A stretch of DNA of 44,487 nt from Octopus bimaculoides (taxonomy: Eukaryota). The notes under the pieces were generated by a model. It was given only the letters and a program-made list of their open reading frames with translations, had not been told where the DNA came from and did no database searches. Position 1 is the stretch's first letter. Each line of letters starts with the position of its first letter. The stretch is from the NCBI RefSeq assembly GCF_001194135.2, contig NC_068987.1, positions 40,892,003-40,936,489 of the forward strand. Direction: 5' to 3'. Positions 1 through 10,010 of the stretch are shown here, in pieces. The position numbers and the translations under genes are program-made.

Positions 1-1595
1 GAGATTGCTTAAAGGGGGCAGAACCCCCATGAAAATCCATAAATTTTCGATGTGGATGAAATTTCAACCATGGGAATTCACACACATCGAGAAGTATTCC
101 CAAAGTTTCCACTTCTCATGAGGATTCTAACACTCCCTAATGGGGCCTTAACTCCCAAATTTTAGTCATTTTTAATGATCCAAAACTAGGTCAAATGTAC
201 TGAATGGATCTTTATGAAATTTGGTAATTATATTCTATGCATAAGGGCCATAACCCCCATGAAAATTCATATATTTTTGCTGTTGATGAAATTTTAACCA
301 TAGATATTACACACAAATGAAGTAATATTTCTAAAATTTCATCTTCATGGGGACTTAACACCTACAATTTAATTATTTCATCTAAGCAAAGATGAATACA
401 GTCCTACTCTTGGAAGTTGTAGGGTCACCCAAGCATAAAAGATGAGCGTTATTTGTAATTCAATGGTACAACAGTATAAGAGTTTGCTTTGAGATATACC
501 TAGATTGTAATTTCTGCAATGTGGTGCATAAATTGTCAAGTAAATGAGAGGCATCTTTGCCTCCACTGATTCAGTTACAAAGTGTTGAGTAAAGTTATTT
601 GGTTGCAGACCTCCTTTGAGTCTTTTTATTATCACTGGGTCACACATAGCCTCCCAATGGTAACATTGATTTCAAGGCCTTCCCAGATGAGTGACTGGTT
701 GTTGAAAGACATTTATAGATTGTAAATTTATTCTGTCCAGTTACCTATTGGTATAGTGGTCATTTGCAAACTCCAGAGGTGACACTTTCATTTCCCCTTA
801 GCCCTCACGTCACACAGTTGTTAATGTTTCAGTTGGGTCACACCCTTCCAATTGCTATAGATCCGTAATGCATCTTACAGCTGTGCCTATCACCTGTATG
901 GTGAGGAATCCGACATTGGGGAGTAGTAATGACTAGGGTAGGGTAGCTGACTGCTTATTGTGATCATTCGTCATTTGGTTTCCTGTAGCTTTGCTCTCTT
1001 TTACAAACCCAGTGAACATACATATATATATGTATAAACATACATACATATATATATACATATATATGTATATACATACACACATACATACAAATATATA
1101 TATACATACATATATACATACATATAGGGTAGCTGACTGCTTATTGTGATCATTCGTCTTTTGGTTTCCTGTAGCTTTGCTCTCTTTTACAAACCCAGTG
1201 AACATACATATTTCCTATTTCAAAGAAATTCGAACAATACATATAAGACCCAAGTTAAAAAGATTCTCAACAATTCAACTTCTCTGGTTGACATTAAGAC
1301 ACCCATCCCCAATAGGGGCCTTAACTCTCACATAGCCTCCATTTTTCAGGAGCAAAATCCTTTCAATAGGTTCCATAAGACTGGAATTTTGGAATCTGCG
1401 CATAAAGATCAGTAGTATGGAATACATGTGTCATGATTAGAATTTTTTTAGGGTGTGTGAAGAGGGAAAGAACCCTCATCTGCAATTTTGATGAAATTCA
1501 AATCATAGGTATTCCAGTTCATTAGAGAAAATATAACAGAAAAGTCTAATTCTTCAATTGCATGTAACACAGGCAATGCCGGGTATCTCTGCTAG
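1..1595 (+). mobile_element. Probable non-autonomous Helitron-like element, 3' portion
   Basis: Ends in an imperfect hairpin CAGGC-AAT-GCCGG (1570-1582), then CTAG (1592-1595) and T, the classic Helitron 3' signature. Internal related blocks (AACCCCCATGAAAAT at ~22 and ~252; GGGGCCTTAACTC at ~142 and ~1315). The 5' boundary is not visible. Confidence 0.45.
939..1211 (+). repeat. Near-identical ~87-bp direct duplication separated by a (TA/CA) microsatellite
   Basis: TAGGGTAGCTGACTGCTTATTGTGATCATTCGTC...CCCAGTGAACATACATAT at 939-1025 and 1125-1211, with one visible mismatch. Confidence 0.9.
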
Positions 1596-2118
1596 TATTT
1601 TTATATACCTTTTTTATCCTTCATACCAATGCTTGCTTTCCTTGTCCAATTTCTCTACCTCCTGCTTCACTACCAATACTTTCCTCTCTTTCTATTTATT
1701 TTTCTTTCTCTTTATCCCTTAATAGCCACCTCCATTACCATTCTCTTACAAAACTTCAATAAGTTCGTGTTTATCTCTGGATATTTGCACTATTTTACAC
1801 CATTAAGGCTATAACCATACATGGATTTACACAGGATTTCACTTAAGGACTTATGGACTAACGTCTACACTGTTGGAAAGTTGAACTGTGAACTTTTATG
1901 CATTTTTCTTCTTTTTCTTCATTTCTTTATTCCTTTTCTCCTGTCCTCTGTCATCGTTTTATTACTCTACACCCTTCGTATTTTCCCTATTTATCACTGA
2001 TGATAGAATATCCCATATTTTGGGATATCCCAGAAACAGCTGTAAGACTTTGGATTTTTCCATTAATAATTGTGTATATGACTTGAGGTGTTTGTTGTCC
2101 TCTTTAACAATTATATAT

Positions 2119-2294
2119 NNNNNNNNNNNNNNNNNNNNNNNNNNNNNNNNNNNNNNNNNNNNNNNNNNNNNNNNNNNNNNNNNNNNNNNNNNNNNNNNNN
2201 NNNNNNNNNNNNNNNNNNNNNNNNNNNNNNNNNNNNNNNNNNNNNNNNNNNNNNNNNNNNNNNNNNNNNNNNNNNNNNNNNNNNNNNNNNNNNN
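2119..2294. other. Assembly gap (176 N) flanked by (TA)n
   Basis: Run of N. Confidence 1.
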
Positions 2295-2337
<43 letters not shown>

Positions 2338-2543
2338 ATGTGTGATGATACTGTTCTTTCTATGGTTGTTGTTTTTGTCTGTATAGTGATTACCCTCTGT
2401 AGTCATGATGGCTAGGCTGTTGTCATTGTTATTTTTAGAGTTGTTCTTGTCTTTCATGATCATCGTCATATCAATAATAAAGATAAAGAAGTACAAAATA
2501 GTGAGATATACAGATAGTTAACCAAGTCTTGGATTAGATATCA

Positions 2544-3000
2544 CTATAGAACGCCACACAAGTTTATCTTTATTATAGTTGGTAACATTTTTCTTTCATC
2601 TGACTGGATAATATGTAGTCTACCACTAATAACCAGCTCTTCATCAGAAAAGTTATGTTCTAATTCATCGTGTACATTTAGGGGTCTTGTGATATGTGGT
2701 ATCTGAACCTCCATGTCTCTGCCTTCAATGTCATTGACATCTATTTGTTTTACATTGCTGTTTTCCATCTGGTAGATTCTGTGCTTGATTTCTTCAATTT
2801 GTACCTCTGTTAACCAGCCATTTTATTTTTATCTGACTTACAGGTTGCTTAATCTCTGTTGGGTTACATCAAACATTCCCCTTTCAAGCCATATCTCTCT
2901 CATTCTGTCCATGCAACCAAATCTACTAGGTTCACTTTGGATGTAACATTCCATCACAGTTGTATTCAGTCTGCTCCAGTTTATCTTTCTTCTTTTCTTT
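2544..3000 (-). mobile_element. Degraded 5' ORF fragment of an R4/Dong-type (RLE) non-LTR retrotransposon, Myb-like region
   Basis: Manual translation, in frame with ORF 2544-2768: RRKINWSRLNTTVMECYIQSEPSRFGCMDRMREIWLERGMFDVTQQRLSNL*VR*K*NGWLTEVQIEEIK. This resembles the W...VMECYY.S.P...GY..RM..IW...GMF..TEQRL.DQ......NGWL...E.EEI motif of R4/Dong elements. Three stops. Confidence 0.65.
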
Positions 3001-3946
3001 CATACTGCAATAGCTAGATTACAACTGGGCCTATCTTGCTGTGCAGTAGGCCACCTGCTGGATGATAGATCTTCACTTTTATCAGTTACAACCTTATTCA
3101 TACTATTGTTCAATACATTTGTATTTGACTTTTTCACTCAGAGAGGATTGTGGTGGTGAGGTGACACCAGTGTTTTTATTGAGACACCATCTCTGAAGGG
3201 GTTGCTGACCAAGGCTTAAGAGACACCCTCATTCCTTGAGACAGACTTTACCCTGCCAGACACCAACCTAGTATTTCATGATCTTGGTGGGGCTTACAGG
3301 TATTACACCTTGCCCATGGGTGACCTGAAGGTAGTTACAAAATCAATTGAGCGAAAATTGAAGAGATTGAAAATTGGCAGCCAAACAAAAAAGATCTTCT
3401 TGTTCTATGGCTTCCTTAGTTACATAATTGAATCCCAATATTAGCAGTTGACAAAGTAATTATTTTGGACTAATATAGAATACTTTCAATTTTGTCGCAC
3501 TATATGCCTCTTAAATCACCTCATTTCAACCATTTAAATGGTTGCATTATCTCTTCTTTACCTTTTCGACAACTAAGCCATTAGTTATATCTAAAGTCAC
3601 ACAAGCTTGATATCTTGCTAAAGATATTTATCCCTAAATGGTTAACCAGCCTAATTCACACGAAGTTTAATATATTGGGAAAGATAGCTATCTTTTAGTA
3701 GTTAACCTACTAAAATTACATCAGTTTGATATCATGGTGAAGATAATTATATCTCAGTGGTTGTGAATCTTACTAGAAATCATACATGGTATTGTTGACC
3801 ACTCTTAACAGTGGTAGGCAACTATTTGTTTGGCTTGCAGCATGGAAACCTTGTAATTATTTGTAAATAAAATGATTTGTGTATTTCATTATTTTGACAT
3901 GTAATAAGTGCTAATATTGAAACAAAAGTTCTATTATTTTCTCCAG

Positions 3947-4124
3947 TTGGATGGATGACGATATGCTATCAGCTATAACCCCGAAACTTCTTGGCCAGAA
4001 ACCTAATACATATACTTTCACGAAACAGTTGGCTGAATATCTGCTATATAAAGAAGGTTCAGATTTACCATTGGCTATTGTTAGACCATCAATTGTGGGA
4101 GCAGCTTGGAAAGAACCACTTCCA
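3947..4124 (+). CDS. FAR1: Fatty acyl-CoA reductase internal exon with catalytic YxxxK (equivalent to vertebrate FAR1 exon 5)
   Basis: TTTTCTCCAG acceptor and GTAAGT donor. 178 nt, no stops: [59 protein letters not shown]. PNTYxxTK and RPSIVxAAWKEP are FAR hallmarks. Confidence 0.95.
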
Positions 4125-4139
4125 GTAAGTAATTTAATT

Positions 4140-5330
4140 TTTGAGCTGGCAGGATTGCTACTGCATTGAACAAAATAACTAACAACATTTCTTCTAGCTT
4201 TGCATTCTGAGTTTAAATGTCACCAATGTCAACTTTATCCTTTCGGAGTCAATAAAATAAAATATCAATCAAGCATGCCACTCCCTCAAAATTTCAGGCT
4301 TTGTACCTATCATAGAAATAATTGTTATTATCATCATGGTGAAAGTGGTGAGCTGGGAGAATTGTTAGTATGCTAGCAAAATGCTGCTAAGCATTTTATC
4401 CATCTCTGTGTTTTGAGTTGAAATTCTACCAAGGTTGACTTGCCTTTCATCCTTTCGGAGTTTATGAAATAAGTACCAGTTGAGCACTAGGGTCAATGTA
4501 ATCAGCTAGCTCCCTGACCCAAAATTTCATGCTTTTTTCTACTATAGAGTAGAAAGGACTATTATTTACAGTTACATGCTGGCAAAATCATTAGGACACT
4601 GGACAAAATGCTTAGCAGCATTTCAGCTGTCTTTACATTCTGAGTTCAAATAATGTCATGGTCAGCTTTGCCTATCATCATTTCAAGGCCAATGAAATAA
4701 GTATCAGTTGAGCACTGAGATCAATGTAATTAACTTACCTCTCCACCAAAATTTCAAGCCTTGTGCTTATAGTAGAAAGAATTATAATTAAGGTGGTGAG
4801 CTAGCAAAATCATTAGCACACTAGACAAATGCTTAACAGCATTTGGTCTTTCTTCATATTTATAGTTCAAATTCCGTTGAGATCAACTTTGCCTTTCATA
4901 CTTCTAGGCTTGATGAAATAAGTATTCAACAAGTACTAGGGTTGATATATTCAACTAGACCCCTGCTTCAAAATTTCAGGCCTTGTGCCTATTGTTGAAC
5001 AGTAGAGCACCAGATGTTCTGTGGTCTTGTGTTATGTCTTTACACTTTGTGTTCAAATTCTCCCAGGGTTAACTTCAATTTTCATCCTTCCAAGGTCAGT
5101 AAAGTCTATACCAATCAGGTACTAAGATTCAATATAATTAACTGTACTTGCCCTCCAAAATCTGTAACTTCGTGCTTTTGTTAAAAACTATTATTTTACA
5201 AAACTAAGAATTGGTGGATGGCAGAATTGTATCAAATCTGCAGATAAAATAATGCTTTGCAGTATGTTGTTTCCTTCCTGAAGGTTCTAAGTTTAAATCT
5301 TTTTGGACACATTTTTGCTTTTCAGTTTTC
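4140..5330 (+). mobile_element. Head-to-tail array of ~6 degenerate SINE copies (~220-bp period; Nin/Deu-domain-like octopus SINE)
   Basis: Repeated GGTGAGCTGGCAGAAT...CTGAGTTCAAAT...CTTTGCCTTTCATCCTTT...AAATAAGTACCAGTT...AAAATTTCAGGCCTTGTGC units starting near 4140, 4340, 4575, 4790, 5000 and 5205. Confidence 0.8.
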
Positions 5331-5337
5331 TAGTGTA

Positions 5338-6108
5338 CAGGGGTTGGACAAAATAATGGAAACACCTTAAAATTTCAAACAAATATATTTTAATATAGGG
5401 TAGGCCTGCCTTTAGCAGTAATTACAGCTTGAATTCTATGTGGTATGGACTCGTATAAAGTTTGAATTGTTTCCAAAGGAATTTTTGTCCATTCTTCAGC
5501 TAAAACAGTCTCCAGTTCTTGTAGTGGTGATGGAAGAGGATATCGACTCCTTACTTGTTTTTCTAAAATGCACCATAAATGTTCAATAATATTGAGATCT
5601 GGGGACTGTGGTGGCCAGATAAGATGTTCAACTTCACTAGAATATTCCTCGTGCCATTCAGTAACAACTTAAGCTGTGTGAATTGGTGCATTATCATCCT
5701 GAAAGATAGCATTTCCCTCCGGAAACAGTTCCACAACCATTGGATGAATTTGTTCATATACAATATTTAAATAGTCTTGACTGTTAATTCTGCTATGAAA
5801 GGAAACTATCAGGCCTGCAGATTTCTAAGATATAGCCCCCCAGATCATCACAGATCCTCCCCCCTGTTTAATAGTTGGAAGAAGGTGGTCTGGGTCAAAT
5901 GCTTCTTTTGACAGTCTCCACACATATACTCAGCTGGTAGTCAGAAATAAGGTAAAGGATGACTCGTCCGAGAAAATAACATTCTTCCACTACTCTAGAG
6001 ACCAATTCTGTAGGTTTTTACTCCGCTCTAAATACTTTGCAATGTTTGTTTTTGAAAGTAGTGGTTTTCTGATTGCAGCCCTCCCATGAAATCTGGTTTT
6101 GTGCAGAT
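5338..6108 (-). mobile_element. 3' half of a Tc1-family transposon with DD36E catalytic spacing (pseudogenised)
   Basis: TA followed by TIR CAGGGGTTGGACAAAATAATGGAAACACC at 5338. Minus-strand translation: FHGRAAIRKPLL...VIFSDESSF...GGGSVMIWG...FQDDNAPIHTA*VVTEWHEEYSSEVEHLIWPPQSPDLNIIEHLW...AKGRPTLY*, stop at 5390-5392. Confidence 0.9.
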
Positions 6109-6495
6109 CTTCCAGATCACTCGTCGTCTTCCAGGGATGTTCTTCCTTTTTTGAAGTGCCACTTGAAACATTGTGTATGACCCATCACTTCATCGCCATA
6201 AGCTTGCCAAAGCATGCTCAATGTCTCTGTAACACTGTCTTTGTAGCAGAAGCTTAATGCAAAATTTTACAATGGCTCTTTGTTCCAACTTCCTGACCAT
6301 TACAAAAATTGCAGACTACAGCATACATGTGATCACAAAAACACAAATTTCACAACTTGTGAAGTAAACACAGTAATTTCACTTGGCACACTGCCTCATG
6401 AAGGTCACTGATAGCTCTCACTGTGCGCGCAATCATGTGTTGTCATCTGTTGGTGTGCTACAGAACTAGTCCAGGAACTTTCTGATACCACCTCG
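6109..6495 (-). mobile_element. 5' fragment of a mariner transposon (TIR plus N-terminal HTH)
   Basis: TIR CGAGGTGGTATCAGAAAGTTCC reading inward from 6495. ATG at 6300: MVRKLEQRAIVKFCIKL...TETLSMLWQAYGDEVMGHTQCFKWHFKKGRTSLEDDE*SGR. Confidence 0.85.
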
Positions 6496-6496
6496 T

Positions 6497-6752
6497 CGTC
6501 ATCGTCGTCGTCGTTTAACGTCCGCTTTCCATGCTAGCATGGGTTGGACGATTTGACTGAGGACTGGTGAAACCAGATGGCTACACCAGGCTCTAATCTG
6601 ATTTGGCAGAGTTTCTACAGCTGGATGCCCTTCCTAATGCCAACCACTCAGAGAGTGTAGTGGGTGCTTTTACGTGTCACCCGCATGAAGGCCAGTCAGG
6701 CAGTACTGGCAACGGCCATGCTCAAAATGGTGCATTTCATGTGCCACCCGCA
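6497..6752 (-). mobile_element. 5'-truncated RTE-LINE 3' tail / RTE-tailed SINE
   Basis: Reverse complement of ...GGCATTAGGAAGGGCATCCAGCTGTAGAAAC...CCAACCCATGCTAGCATGGAAAGCGGACGTTAAACGACGAC; near-identical to 17100-17350. Confidence 0.85.
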
Positions 6753-7263
6753 CAAAAAAAAAATTTTTTTTTTTAAATAAATATTTAAAAAAAAGTTTTA
6801 ATAAGTATACAAACGTATATATAAAAAGTACAATATAAATGAATTTAATAGGTAACAGACAGCTGGAGATGTAAAGATTAAACCAAGAAATCGTACTGAA
6901 TAACAAAAATCTTCAAATTGAGTTAAAAGTTCAAAAGACCACAAATAAAAGCTTATGGACCTTCATTTTAATCACATTTTTAACCATACCTTAAAATACT
7001 TTCTATCTCAATGTTGAGTAGTAAAACCAAAATAATACTGACAACTACAGAGAAGGACATGCATATAACATTAACATACTAAAAAATACACCACCACACT
7101 CACATAGCTGTATATTCTTATACCTGTTAATATATATATAGACCACATGAAGACAGATATTAGCATGCACATACACATATGTATATATACACATAAGTAT
7201 AAATGCATGCACATATATAAATGCATACAAAACACATACATATGTATACACTCAATATAAATA

Positions 7264-8560
7264 TAAGGGGATACTTAAAAGTAACGGAAGCGTTCTGTGT
7301 GGGACAAACCTGTTGTAGTTCAGGCTTCTGCCACTAGAAGCCACTTGAACCCTCAAGCATCAGTCTATTAACCAGCAGCATTGAGTGAAGTCATGTTGCC
7401 ACATGGTGCCTCCTGATTTTGCAGTGCTTCTCTCCTCTTCGTCAATTTTTGAGATGGCTGAAATAAAGGGACAGTGTGCTTCTGTGAAATTGTGTTTTCT
7501 GTTATGGAAAGCAGCAGTCAAGGCAGTTGTCATGCTTCAAACAGCTTACAAGGATGCTGCTATGTGCAAAACACAAGTTTATGAGTGGTTCTCACACTTT
7601 GGGAATGGTCACTTGTTGCTTGAAGACCAACCTTGTTCAGGGCAACAGTCAATCTCCTGAGTGAAAGAAAACATCATGAAAATTCGTGAACTGATCTTGG
7701 AGGACTGTTGTCAAACAATTGACAAACTTGTTAATATGACTAGTGTGTCCTGGAGCTCTTGCCAATGAATTTTGAGCAAGGAATTACGAATGAAAAGAGT
7801 TGCAGCAAAATTTGTGCCTCACTTGCTCACAGAAAATCAAAAGCAGTTATGACTGAATGTGTGTCGTGAACTGAAAGAACAGTTGGAAGTTGATCTGAAC
7901 CTTGTTTTGAAGGTCATCACTGGGAATGAAAGCTGGTGTTAAATATATGACCCAGAAACGAAGCAGCAATCAAGTCAATGGAAGCTTTCAATGTCACTAT
8001 GCTCCCCAAAAGTGCATTAAGTGAAGTTCAGTGTCAAGATGATTTTGATTTGTTTCATCGATGTGAAAGGAATTGTCTACACAGTATTTGTTCCTCCTGG
8101 TCAAACTGTTAAGCAGACATAAAAGTTCTGAAGTGTTTGCGAGACATGATGAGGTGAAAATGCCCTGACCAAGAGTGGTGGTTTCATCACAATAATGCAC
8201 CTTCACACACCTTCTTCATGTGAGAAAGTTTTTGACAAAAAATGGCATGACCCCATTTACTCACCTTTCCTATACACCCAATCTCGCTACCTGCAATTTT
8301 TCTTTGTTCCTCCCAAATGAAGAACAGTCCTTTAAAGAAAAATGTTTTGCAGATGTGGAAGAGGTGGAGAAACAAAATGACAGAGGTGTTAAAAGGCATC
8401 ACTTTGCAAGAGTTCCAGGATTGCTTTGAACAGTGGAAAACACATCTGGACCAATGTATTGCTTGAAATGGAGAATACTTTGGAGGCAAAGTGTAAATAT
8501 GTAAAACTAAGTGAATAAAATAATATTGCAAAATTCTGGTTTCTTTTGGGTACCCCCTCG
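7264..8560 (+). mobile_element. Full-length (1297 bp) degenerate mariner element
   Basis: TA-flanked TIRs (left TAAGGGGATACTTAAAAGTAACGGAA; right is the reverse complement of CGAGGGGGTACCCAAAAGAAACCAGAA). Transposase from ATG 7454 to ~8496 with AKFVPHLLT, ITGNESW, HHNNAPSH and YTPNLATCNF motifs; many stops and frameshifts. Confidence 0.92.
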
Positions 8561-8612
8561 TACATACACATACAAATGTATTCATACAAACATGTATATA
8601 GATATATACTGT

Positions 8613-8944
8613 TGTAGTGGAAATAGTACACTCCTTCCCACATGACAAAGTGGTATGATACAACCGCTATAAAGTCAGACAATCAGTCATTATAGGAGGT
8701 CAGTAGTAGCAGAGCTGTTGTATGAGTTCTCAGTTGGAGTCAGTGCAGTTATATGATACATACAAGTTCGAGTTACTGTCAAGGTAGACATTTCAAGTCA
8801 TTGTCTTGCAGAACTATCAGTGCTAGCATGTTAGATGAGTCAAAGACAATAAGACACGGAATACTGCTACAACATAATAGTGGTGACAAGAATATTACAG
8901 TTTCAACAACAACATACAAATGGATGAGGATCCACATTATAACA
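8613..8944 (+). repeat. 5' LTR (332 bp)
   Basis: TGTAGTGG...CACATTATAACA; alignable to 15486-15800 at roughly 80% by eye. Confidence 0.9.
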
Positions 8945-8956
8945 GTGGCAACGAGG
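8945..8956 (+). promoter_or_regulatory. Primer-binding site of the Gypsy element
   Basis: GTGGCAACGAGG directly after the 5' LTR, matching the TGGCGACGAGG-type PBS of this group. Confidence 0.7.
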
Positions 8957-9126
8957 ATATAAACAATTCATGCGGACAATGTTGAAAAAAAAAAATTCTT
9001 TTCACAAGAAAATAAACAGTTGATGTGGATGATGTTGAAAAATTTTTCACATGGAGAAATTAAAATTTCGACAGTGGAGTAACAAACATTTTTGTTGTAT
9101 ATATTTTATGAAAAATTCGTAAAATT

Positions 9127-10010
9127 ATGGAAGACTTGTTAGAGGGTTTAGTTGAGTTGCAAAAACAGCAACAACAACTCAAAGAACAAGAGCAACAACA
9201 AATGTTACAGCAACAAAAGCTACGACTAATGAAGTTAGTAACAAAACTGGAAAATACAATTTTGCCAGACCATGTAGCAAATTCATTAAATGAATTTAAG
9301 TATGACCTGGAAGAAGGAATCACTTTTGAGGCATATTACTGAAGATTTGAAAAAGCTTTCGAAAATGAATGCCAAGACTGGATGGATGAAATGAAAACAC
9401 ATCTAATTCTGAGGAAACTGGTGACGATAGAGCATGAGAAATACTGTAACTTTATATTGCCTAAAAAAGTTTCTGACATAATTTTCACAGACACAGTTGA
9501 CATTCTTTGTAGGATGTTTAGTGAAAAAACATCGTTGTTCAACACACGTTTGAAGTGTCTGAACACTGAGAAAAACAATGATGAAGACTTTACCACATAT
9601 GCAGGTAGAGTGAACAGAGAGTGTGAGAGATTTAAACTGGATAAACTAACTCCAGACTCATTCAAGTGCCTAATTTTTGCTCAGGGACTTACTGCTAAAA
9701 AAGAAACAGAAGTCAGAATGAAAATTCTTGCAAAGCTACAAATGAACCAGGTTATAATTCTCCAGAAATTGTCAGAAGAGTGCGATATGATATTAAAAGT
9801 AGGGCACGACACAGAAGACATCCAATGCAGAGATTGTTTACAGATAAAACCAGTGTGGAAGAATCGGAAGATGGATAAAGTGTTTCACAAAAAACATGAT
9901 ATACATCAAGAAATAAACCCAGGTATAGCATGTGGTGGTAGGCACCTGAGAAAAGAGTGTCTGTTCAAAAAAGCGAAGTGTTTTTGTTGTGGGAATGCAG
10001 GATACATCAA
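9127..10010 (+). pseudogene. Gypsy gag (frameshifted), ending in zinc knuckles
   Basis: MEDLLEGLVELQKQQQQ...LANSLNEFKYDLEEGITFEAYY, then KTHLILRKL...EHEKYCNFILPKK...FSEKTSLFNTRLKCL...FTTYAGRVNRECERF...LIFAQGL and CGGRHLRKEC...CFCCGNAGY. Confidence 0.88.

Noticed and set aside
378-647. 89-aa minus-strand ORF
   Set aside because: No recognisable motif. I tried to read it as a Helitron helicase fragment and the match was unconvincing.
933-1205. ORF with duplicated MFTGFVKESKATGNQ peptide
   Set aside because: By-product of the 87-bp DNA duplication and the microsatellite.
1888-2496. Long ORFs spanning 1888-2496
   Set aside because: They run through the N gap and (TA)n; artefacts.
9127-9342. 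Poly-Q ORF as a host gene
   Set aside because: It is the N-terminus of the Gypsy gag, directly after the PBS.
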